DNA of 64,000 nt from Perna viridis (taxonomy: Eukaryota): NCBI GenBank assembly GCA_037379345.1, contig CM074514.1, positions 14,260,001 through 14,324,000 of the forward strand, given 5' to 3'. Made by a program: the position numbers and the translations under genes. Each line of letters begins with the position of its first letter. Position 1 is the stretch's first letter. Below the pieces are notes generated by a model. That model searched no databases, had not been told where the DNA came from, and was given only the letters and a program-made list of their open reading frames with translations. This document shows, one piece after another, positions 50,401 to 60,139 of this stretch.

Positions 50401-52331
50401 ATGACATCTGTGAATTTCTCCTTGTTTTTAAACATTGCTCTTAAGTTGCAAAAAATAAAGCTTTGTACCATTATGATGTAATTTAGACCAGTGCAAATCC
50501 AATACTCCAGATTTTTTTGAAGTTTTAATAATTGTCTTTTGGCAATAACGAGTGTTCCTATTCTGTATTTAGAAATTTATTTCATGTGCTTGCTTTTATG
50601 TATAGACTGTTTGATTGTCACAAGTATTATTTAGCCAGCATTAAGTTTCTTTTATTTTTCTTGATGTAGATGTGGTTATCTTGACAAGTTTAGTATCTAT
50701 GCCTGGTGGTAATACAACCTTTGTCATCTATAGACGAAGATTGTACTTTCCAAAAAAAAAATACCTATCAACTGAAATCAATGGTCAATGTTTTGTAGAA
50801 GTCACCAGCTAGCTTTTTGTGATACCATTATAGAACGTAACAATAGACAGATATTACCTGTAGCATCAGATGGTTCTATACAAAATGGACATGCTCTTGA
50901 CACATTCTTCCCCTTTGATCCATATATATTGAACAGGTAAAAGTTTGTATAATAAATGCTGCTTAACATGATTCATGAATAGGCAAACTTTCTTTGTAAT
51001 TTGATAACTTTTGGTAGCTTTCAAATCAATACTTTCATTCCCTTTCATTCTGTGTATTCTATCTACCATCCTTATTCAACATGATTTACAGAATAATACT
51101 GATTACAATGAATAGGATACTAAGGAAACTGAACTTTTCACTGTTTGATGAAGATAGTTTCTAATTTTAAACTTGTTTGTTGTAAAATTAGGGGGTTTAC
51201 CAAATACATTCTTTCAGAAAGTATTGCACTAATAATATAGATTGTTTTATTTGATGTTTTGGTCAAACCTAATCTCACAAATGTATTGCAATATAAGTTG
51301 AATATCTTTCAATCTTATGACTTGTTTTTTCTTACATCAATCTGCTCTACATTTAAGGTCTGGTAAGTTTATCCTTCCGTTATACAGAGAATTTCAAGGT
51401 TCCATTGAAGATGAAGATAGCCAAGATGAAGTAAGTTTGACTCGTATAGTTTAATTATTTCAATGATATCTCCCAGGGATCACTTTGGGAGGGTGTCAGG
51501 CTATAATATGGAAAACCTGACGGCAAACCATAGTGGTACACCCTGTTGGGAAAGATGCCACGTTCCTCGCACGTTAAAGAACCCTACTGTGGTATTCTCC
51601 TGGAGTAGGAACCATAGGGCTCCGCCAAAGGAGGCTAAATTGCCCGACCCTACCCACCTCTCCCTATTTCCAGTGGCAATCAAAATTTGTCGATCCCATT
51701 GTCCTTGTGTCCCATCCCTTTTTCATTTCATCATCATTTCATGTTCATTTTATCATCAATTTCATGTTCATCGTCTGAATATAGCTGAAATATTGCTGCT
51801 CGGACGTAAAACACTAACAAACAAACAAACAAGTGATTTATAGCCTTTGTATTATTCCCATTTATACATTGCAATTACATTTTACTCAACTCTCTGAGTA
51901 AGGAAAAAAAACGAAGATCACCAAATATTTAAATTAAATTCATTTATATATTCTTCCGTTCATTGGAAAAAGAAATAGTGGATGAGTTAGTTACAAAGAA
52001 ATGTTTGTAATTTGTTTTGGAAGATTTAGTCATTTTTACCTCTTAATGGGTCACTGTTTCTTTTTTTTTTACCAAGAGAAAATGTTAATATTGTTTTACT
52101 TTTTTCTACCAATTTTATCAATGAATACAACTAAATTGTCAGTTGCATGTCGATCGTGATATTTGACTAAATTATGTTTATCAATAGGATGAAGATGATG
52201 ATTTTATAAAGGAGGATGTAGCATCACCACCAAGTGCTATTCATATAGTAGGAAGTTTGAGTAAAACTCCTTCTGATTTCATGGAGTATGGTGTGTCTCC
52301 AGGATTTAAACATTTCCAAGACATGACTTGA
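35475..52331 (+). CDS. RRN3: RNA polymerase I-specific transcription initiation factor RRN3 (TIF-IA), about 590 aa
   Basis: Exons 35475-35540, 36516-36572, 37302-37391, 39475-39610, 40685-40805, 41898-42066, 42405-42485, 43059-43209, 47190-47320, 48330-48460, 49306-49481, 50285-50393, 50799-50936, 51358-51430, 52188-52331; total 1773 nt, in frame. Motifs: FVLNLVSAHTYYL, ECYVKNLLQI, LLKFDV, KLDVLM, ILPTHASCHVQFIMF, HGPFYAVVQVLLYVFVFR, RLNPLKFCLP, LDTFFPFDPY. The first coding exon is the least certain. Confidence 0.94.
35749..35945. repeat. Minisatellite, about 8 copies of a 24-bp unit (aataatatgtgttgatgtacaaaa)
   Basis: Direct tandem units; explains ORFs 35739..35987 and 35746..35940. Confidence 0.95.
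37874..38649. mobile_element. Non-autonomous hAT-like element
   Basis: TIR cagtgttctccccagg / cctggggagaacgcag; attaa direct repeat on both flanks. Confidence 0.7.
38673..39183 (+). mobile_element. 5'-truncated Penelope-like retroelement (RT thumb plus 3' tail)
   Basis: Intact reading YGVFISQLIRYARACRNYSDFLYHAR..LLEQGY...LQKFYGRHHELVD...DLFNGS*, then the shared tail ending cccttgattactct. Confidence 0.9.
39637..39693 (+). repeat. Intronic diverged duplicate of the 3' half of RRN3 coding exon 4
   Basis: tacatattacctgagggctgggttgaggatgttgattagaca versus exon tacatattatctgagggcagggttgaggatgctagttagaca. Confidence 0.85.
41174..41275. repeat. Tandem duplication of about 51 bp (ggccc..ggacaggttggcactc...gtatttaa.gctccac)
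   Basis: Two adjacent diverged copies. Confidence 0.8.
46242..46337. repeat. Short inverted-repeat element (18-bp arms)
   Basis: gagatccagcgttaacca ... tggttaatgctggatctc, one mismatch. Confidence 0.7.
51471..51832 (+). mobile_element. 5'-truncated SINE (Meta/MESC-like core, LINE-derived tail) in the last RRN3 intron
   Basis: GC-rich island containing gcacgttaaagaaccc (resembles the molluscan SINE Meta domain) and a 3' end ctgaaatattgctg..ggacgtaaaacact followed by (aaca)n. Confidence 0.6.
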
Positions 52332-52358
52332 ACACTTCCTCAAGGAAGTTTGAGGGAA

Positions 52359-52423
52359 AAACTCCTGCTGATTTCATGGAGTGTGGTGTGTCCCCAGGAT
52401 TTAAATATTTCCAAGACATGACT
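52359..52423 (+). repeat. 3' UTR duplicate of the last ~22 codons of RRN3
   Basis: aaaactcctgctgatttcatggagtgtggtgtgtccccaggatttaaatatttccaagacatgactt matches 52263-52329 with about 4 substitutions. Confidence 0.9.
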
Positions 52424-53884
52424 TTTTGTTCATCATAAGGAACAATTTTTCTTGTGATGTTGACTCCTCTATTGAAAGACAGCTGTTTCTGTAGATCTAG
52501 ATGAGGCATGCTAGTCAGAGGTTAGTATTGACTTCAGAAGTCTAGTATACAGACAGATCTAATGTGTTAATGGTAGATGGCATAGAATATAAATGTAAAA
52601 ATATAACAATAATAAGATTGATTACATCAAATGTCTTTCTAAGTTGAACCAGATAATACATAGTCCATGTTTACATATGTCGTTGTTGTTTATTACAAAT
52701 AATTAAATGTTTGGTTGATATTTATTTCAATTGATTTTATGCAATATGATTTTATGTGAAAAATCTTTGACATTTACAAAACTAGATGTTATTATGTTGT
52801 TAACACTACTTTACTGTTTGAAATCTGGGAAAATGATAGAAATATATAGATTGGTTGTTTTTTGTTGTTTTATTATAATATAATATCCTCATGTTAAAGT
52901 GAAAATATTAGAAAAAAAACTCAAGTCACATTAGACCCAAGCTAGAAACAAAAGAAGATAGGTCAAATGTCTCAATCTTAAGCAGTCCTACATTTGTCCT
53001 ATTAATAGAATAATATCAATTCAACATGTCCATATAAAAAGATATGTATGGACTATTTTGTATCAATACATAGAACTTATCCATGGGTTCATTGCTTGTA
53101 TGACATATTTCCATGCTTAATTTGACAACTGATACACAAGTTAATTTACATACTAGTATAATTTACGACCAATTATTTAAGTTGAAGGGAATAGATTAAG
53201 ATGAAAACTTCCTTTTCTGACTTTGTTTTGTATGTGTACAGTGTTCATGTGTGTGTTTTGTTATATTCATTGTGTAAACTGTTATTTATTTTTAGACAGA
53301 AATTAAAGCTGTTGATATTTGTTATACAAATTAATGTTACATTTCTTAAATAAATAATCATAATCTCAGTGTTGTCAGTATGATTAACAAAGTACATATA
53401 TGCCCATGTACCAAAAAACAGTACATAACAATAAAAATCAGCTGATTTGAATTTGTCATGAAGCACCTGTGACTTAGATATTTATGTGTAATTCTGGGAT
53501 CCCCTGTGTTTTGTAGGTTACTTAATTTTGGAAAAAACAAATTTTACTGAATGTATAACAGTCAAATACATCTTCACAAATCTAAACATATCTTGTAAAT
53601 TAATTGTTAAAGCTATGATCAATTTGAAAATGGAATAAAACGAAAGAAGGGAGTGATAAAATTATCAGTGTTGGTCTATTCTAATTTAAACATTTTTTGC
53701 AATGAAAATCTATACATCACATGGGCACCATGAATTAAATGCATTTTATTTAAATAATTTAACAGTTTTTCATGGTTTTGCTTTGTTAAGATGATAAACC
53801 TTAAAAATTAATACCTGTATCACAAAAATGACTTCTTAAGATCATAATCACAAGAATGTTTATTCACAAAATAAATGACAAAGA

Positions 53885-56800
53885 TCACCAAAAGAATGGT
53901 GCTTTTGTAGTCACTGGTGTTGTCGTCTGCTGCCCATTCCAGCCATGGCGACCAGGTTTATACCAGGGATTATTTGCCACAGGTTGAGGATGAGATTGTG
54001 TCACTGGTGCACGCCAACTTTTTGTTACCGGTGCCTTCCATACCCTTGTTTGTTGTGATCTTAAAGTTTCTTCGGCAATATATATTTGTTGTGTTGTCAG
54101 AGGTGGCTTTGTAGTGTAGAGGTCATATTGTTGACGTAGTAGCTTGTACCTATCATATGCATGTAGACCTTGTAATACAGCTGTCATTAGTGGATATCTT
54201 ACACCACAGGAACCAATGTAGTCATCCATATCTATTGACCAGATATATACACCACCTAATTGGTTGTTTCTTACCAAGGCTGCCTATGAAATATTATGGA
54301 AAGTTCAAGATCAAAGGCTTAAAACTATTACTCTTATGCACTTCACATAATAGATTTTTTTTAAAAAGTAGAAAAAAAAATATTGGTAATTTTTAGGCCA
54401 AGAAAAATATATGCCTGTTTAAGGTAATCAACATTAGTGTACTGTAAAATCTGCTGACAAATAATTTGTAAAACTTGTCCATATCTTTTCCTGATTTTAA
54501 CTTAAATAGTAAGTTGGTCTAAAATTTAATTTGTATTTTTGTAGTTTTATATGAAAATTGTTTTTCCTATTTCAAAAGCTGGCCATTTTTCTTTCCTCAA
54601 TATTAGATTGATAGTTAATTTTTTTCACTTTACTAAATAAAGTATGGGAAAAAGACATTTCTTCAAAATACATGTATACCTTTTCTTGAACACTGACAGG
54701 ATTATCATAGCTTATCCAATCATAACCAGACACAAAATAGGGCACACCACCAAACATCTGTTCTGTAAAACCTCCATGTTTTATCACATGACAAAGCTAC
54801 CAAATAGAATAAATACAATGGATTATCATGCCCATAGGGAACAGCATTGTACTGGAGTAAATAAATTAGAATGGAAACTAAATTATAGCTAAAAGGGTCT
54901 TGAGAAATTCAGGTTGGATATGATTCTTTTGCATTCCAAAAGTATATCCTATGTAATGCAAGTTGGTAGGTTTATTTTTTCGTATCACCATATCTGTTAG
55001 CTCATTATTTTAAAGTGTTCACATTGACAATGTTGTAAAACCTCAAGTGAAGTCAAATTAAAAGACTAGATGAAAGGAGATAAAATTCTGTGAAAAGCAG
55101 AGGTAGATAATCCCTTTACATTTCTGATAGGCAGACCATCCCCACCATCTGATCCAGGTCCTACAGCAAGAGATCCTGGTTTGGTGAAATTTCTATCCTG
55201 TAATCTATATGATCTTCCAAAGAAAGGGATCCCCAATACCAGTTGTTGCTTTGTAAGACCTAGGTTTACCAAGTCTCTCATCAAAGAATTCTACAGAAAA
55301 AAAATAAAGCCATTTATCATTTCTTTGAACTATCCTCTTGAAAAATTGCAAAACACACTTGCAAAAGTACAGACATGAATATTTAGTAGTATGTTTTAAG
55401 GACTTGTGCTGAAGGTTTTACATCTCTAAAGGTTTAAATTGTATTTTGTAAATAAAAAAGGCATAGTTTTAGTGTTCCATGAGTCAGTAGCATTTTAGTA
55501 CAATCCAACAGGCATTTGTTTTGATACAAATGTATATTACAGGGACTTTATATTACACACCCTGATGTTATAAGCAGTTTCGGCACACATATATAAATCC
55601 TAAGTAATGCAGGTACTAGTGGCTTGTTTTGGATATATAGTGATAACACAAGGTAATATGTAATTGCTATCTGTTGTAATAAAAGCCTTATACTTACAAC
55701 GTTTTTTATCCCAAGTCCATTTTGGTCAGTCAGAGCACTGTGTGGATAGGCTTTCATTGGTTCATCCCAGTGTCCGTAAAGGTCATACAGTTTGATATTA
55801 ATAAAATCGACAGATCTGGACAAAAGACAAAATCATCGAAGTTGCACTGATGCATGGTTCTTTATTCTTTTTATATTCAAGGCCATGAAATGACATTTTT
55901 ATTCTATCGAAAACGTATAATTCACTTGTTCTATACGATGGTGTAAGGATGTCCCGTAACTTCCACAGAAAAAAAATCGTTTTAATCTTGTGTTTGATCT
56001 CCGAATTTTTACAATTAAGAAATAGACACAAGAGGAAACAACCATTTGATTTTGAGGGGACCTGGCGAATTAAATGGTGTCAGAATATTTTTTAATTATG
56101 CGGGTTTGAAAATCGGGGCCAAAATCAGCGAGGCATTGATGACAAGGAAGATAAGACAATTGCCCTATTTACCATGTGAAACTGAAGGAAATTGTTAATG
56201 TTAGAATAGTTATTATCTATCCCTAGGTGGTCTAAGTTGGTTTAAATGTAATATACCTTGAAATTCTCATTATATCATAGGATTTTTGTAACATTATTGA
56301 AGTAGGTACGACACAAATTGAGAGAAGTAAGCCCTGGTTTGATGGAACAATATCTTCTGGCTCTTCCGCGATTGGTACTCCGGCCTTAAATTCTGTGTTT
56401 AACACCTACGAATAGAATAAGATTAGAAAGCTTACTTTTAAAGATTTTGAGGGAGTTTTTTTGTCGGGAACAGAAAACATACATCATCCCAAAGGCATCT
56501 TCTATGTGTTTTGAACAGTAACATTAGGTACACTTAACGTCAAACCAATACGACAAATGAAGATATTCTACCCTTAAATGTTGCTCTCAAAAGCTAATTA
56601 TGTATATGCCAAACTCCATCTTAATACATGTACTTGTATTATTTACTATCTCAGATGTTAATTACACTAAACGCTTTCTCTGTTATCAACCATACCTCAG
56701 TGAGTCCGGCGTATCTTTTATTTTTACTTATCTGTGTTATCAAACCTTACCTCTGTGAGTTTGGCGTATCATTGCTTATCTCTGTTATCAAAATTGTGGT

Positions 56801-59498
56801 ATACTTGCTTGTTTTTTGTAATCAAACCTTACCTCAGTGAGTTCGGTGTATCTTTGCTTGTCTCTGTTATCAAACCTTACTTCTGAGAGTTCGGCGTATC
56901 CTTGCTTGTCACTGTCAATAAACCGTCCCTCAGTGAGTTTGGCGTATCTTAACTTACATGTGTTATCAAATCTTGCCTCTGTCAGTTTGGTGTATCAATG
57001 CTTATCTCTGTTATCAAAGTTTGTCATATCCTTGCTTGTTTTCGTTATAAAAAAACTTACCTTAGTGAGTTTGGCGTAAATTTGCATATGAGTGTTATCA
57101 AACCTTACATCAGTAATTTCGGCGTATCCTGCTTATCTGTGTTATCTAATTTTGACGTATCATTGCTTACATGTGTTATCAAACCTTACATCAGTGACTT
57201 TGGCGTATCCTTGCTTATCTCTGTTATCAAATTTTGGCGTATCTTTGCTTACACGAGTTTTCAAACCTTACCTCAGTGACTTTGGCTATATATGCTTATC
57301 ACTGTTACCAACATTTGGTGTATCTTTGCTTACATGTGTTACCAAACCTTACAAGTTCATGATGACGACCATAAAAACTCTATAGTGATGAATTCAATCT
57401 TGTAGCAGCATAACCCTGTTCCAGAAGCGTAATTGTAAGAAGTATAGCGCGGTACAAAAAGTCTGCTTAGTTACGGCAAGCTCTTTTGCAGGTGCTGAAG
57501 GGATGTTGCCGCAGATGAAAGAAAAGTTGACAATACATATGAAAAGTAACCGCTATTTTTATATAGACTGGTCAATAGTTTTCCTTTACCATCGACCTTT
57601 AAGTGTGGGTCAAGATATGATGCTGGCTACACAGTGTCGGAAGTGTCCTTTATCTCAAGTTTTATGGGGTACATGCGATGTATAAAATCCCGGAAACTAG
57701 GATTGTATAGCGACAACACGTCATCTATATAGCTGAAACTGATATTAAAGCATCTAGCTAAATGATGTTCCTTCTTTTGGATCAGATCAGCTATAAAGTC
57801 ATCCTCGTAGGAGTGAAGGAATAGGAGCACAGTTTGTTCCTATTAGAATGCCGACCATTTGTTGAAAAACGCATCCACCACACTGGACAAATATGTCGTC
57901 AATAAAAAAATTCCAGCATCTTGAAAATATCTTCTTCGGTATATTTGGAATATCATTTTTTCACAAAGTATGGGGAATCTCTACCAAGAAATTTTGTCAA
58001 AGTTTGTCATATCCTTGCTTGTTTCTGTTGCCAAACCTTACCTCAGTAAGTTCGGCATATCCTTGCTTGTCCGTAGCAGGACTCCCCCTTGTTGCTGGAT
58101 ACTCCCAGTTCAGATTTAAACCGTCGAAATCGTTCAGCTGCAGGTATTGAGCAGCCTCTTCGGCAAATGCTACCATGTTTGACCTTGAAGATACTAATTT
58201 GCTCCAGAGTCGTGGGTTCTGTTCCCAACCTCCTAAAGATAGCATTACTCTTAAGTCTGGATTTTTTGTCTTTAATTGTGTCAAGGCCTTGAATCTACAA
58301 GAAAATAGAGTTTTTTTTGTTAAGCATTAAGTGGTTTTGACCTACATAATTTTTATGACAACGATCTCTGGTTCATTTTAATTTGAAAAAAGGATTGTAA
58401 ACAAGAGCCTTGTCCATATGTTCTCATCTTTTGTATCTACCTCTTCTTCCTCTTTCTATTATTTTTTTTTATTGATTTCAATCAAACTGACTCATTGTTA
58501 ATATTGATATTTGCAGTTGAGACATTCATTCTACTTAACCTTTTTTGCATTTCGTTCAAGGGCTCAGCACGGACTTTGCCTTATCGGGAAAGTAAAGAGT
58601 ATCGCATGGTATAGGCGGTAAGTTATTTTAATAAAACACGTGCGTTTATTACAATATACTTACTGATTAATAAATTTCGATTGTATAATCAACTTTGAAT
58701 ACTAAACGTCTTCAGAGATAAACTTCAACTTACTGGTGAAAATGTTCATAACCCTCTGGTAGCCCTATGCTAGTGCCATTCCCTGTTAGGGTGGCAGAAG
58801 CATAGATAATGTGGGTACAGAGGAAGGGATCTATATTTGTAGGTTTCAGAGCATGGTCTATACCGTCTCTATAAATGGAACTACCACTAAAGAAACACAC
58901 TCTGGCAAAGTTACTACCGGAAACGTAGTTATGTAAACTACTACAGCCAACATCTGAATTAGAAAAATGGTGTTTATCAGAAAAAAAAAATATAATAAAT
59001 AAATGTTAAATGTTGAACCCGAAATACTTTGTTTCTGATATTTAAATTATTATTATGATATCATTATTTGCCGGCATTGTCGTTCATTACGGCATCGATG
59101 TGTAGCTCCCACTCTATGTGAAAAAAAATTTAAAGAATTTTCATTTGAAAAATCATGTCAAAAGTACCTTTCAAGTGAGGTTATTGTGTTAAATTAAAGT
59201 AAATAGTTCATAGATGATAGACTAATCTTTTTTTTTTCAAATATTTTATACTAGTATATCAATATGTCAAAAAGTGGCATTTACTCAATGAGATAATGAC
59301 AACCTTTGTGGTTAATTATAAAATCTGGACAAATTATAGACAATGAAAAATGGTAATCAATGCTGTATTATTGAAAATTTATGACGATCTCTTGTTAAAA
59401 ATATTTGATCTTGTTAAATGATTGAGTGAATACACACCTGTTATATTGATAGCCACCATCACTAACATAACCAGTGTGATATACTTGGGCAAACCCAT
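53885..59498 (-). CDS. Secreted GH18 chitinase-like protein, about 495 aa, non-canonical catalytic motif, no CBM14 domain
   Basis: Exons 59498-59438, 58953-58734, 58294-58042, 56405-56257, 55815-55698, 55290-55120, 54796-54680, 54283-53885; total 1488 nt, in frame. Signal peptide MGLPKYITLVMLVMVAINIT; RVCFF, IDPFLCTHIIYA, LKTKNPDLRVMLSLGGW, FDGLNLNWEYP, VDFINIKLYDLYGHW, LVLGIPFFGRSY, WISYDN, LGGVYIWSIDMDD; Thr/Pro/Gln-rich tail. Confidence 0.93.
56680..57352 (-). repeat. Minisatellite (48-bp and ~33-bp units) derived from the GH18 exon 3 end and its 5' splice site; continues at 57996-58075
   Basis: Unit caaaccttacctcagtgagttcggcgtatccttgcttatctctgttat matches the exon/intron junction ccaaaccttacctcagtaagttcggcatatccttgcttgtc at 58031-58071. 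Confidence 0.9.
57353..57995 (-). mobile_element. Penelope-like RT fragment inserted into the minisatellite
   Basis: LFLHSYEDDFIADLIQKKEHHLARCFNISFSYIDDVLSLYNPSFRDFIHRMYPIKLEIKDT; same family as 10091-11210. Confidence 0.9.
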
Positions 59499-59924
59499 TT
59501 TGAGACTGTAATAAAAGAAAATTGTGCTCTCACCAAAAGTTAAGTTCTACAAAAGTTTAGGTTGATCTTTCGTGAGAAATATGTACTGAAATTTACGTGT
59601 TGATTTACTTTGCTTCAGTTTTTATACCACACCACGCGATGTGGTGAGGTATTATCTGATACGTTCTGAAAAGTTGCTTGCCCCAGTCTGTCCCCTGACG
59701 TTCTCCAGATGATAACTTGAGAACAGATCAATGGATTTTTTTAAACTTCTTTTCACACTTGTTTTAGGATAAAATACAAGTTCAATTTTAAGCAAAATCG
59801 AAAATTTTGCCATTTTGAACATTTTACAACACCCCTTTGTGCTTCATAACGTGGTAGGGTATCACTTATTGTTCAATGCCCTACTTTTTCTGAGATGTAG
59901 TGTCTTCCATTTCTTCATTTACAT

Positions 59925-60139
59925 CACAGGTACTTGGGATCGGGTTTTATTTATTTATTTATTTATTGTTAAAAATAAAATAAAATACGAAATTATGTGT
60001 AAGAAACAGCCAATATTGCACTTATACTATCCATATGAAGTTTTCTGATATATGGGGATCGACTGGTATATAGGACGCAGAAGGTTCTACGTCCTATATA
60101 CCAGTCGACCCCCCCATGTATCGACCCCAAGTACCTGTG
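59925..60139. mobile_element. MITE with an internal long palindrome, upstream of the GH18 start codon
   Basis: TIR cacaggtacttggg / cccaagtacctgtg; internal hairpin tcgactggtatataggacgcagaa-gg-ttctacgtcctatataccagtcga. Confidence 0.75.

Noticed and set aside
51463-51843. 126-aa ORF in the last RRN3 intron
   Set aside because: It coincides with a GC-rich SINE-like insertion; the open frame is incidental.
1392-59498. A functional four-gene cluster (IDO, coilin, RRN3, GH18)
   Set aside because: No shared pathway links IDO or GH18 to the other two genes; the convergent neighbours look like ordinary gene order.
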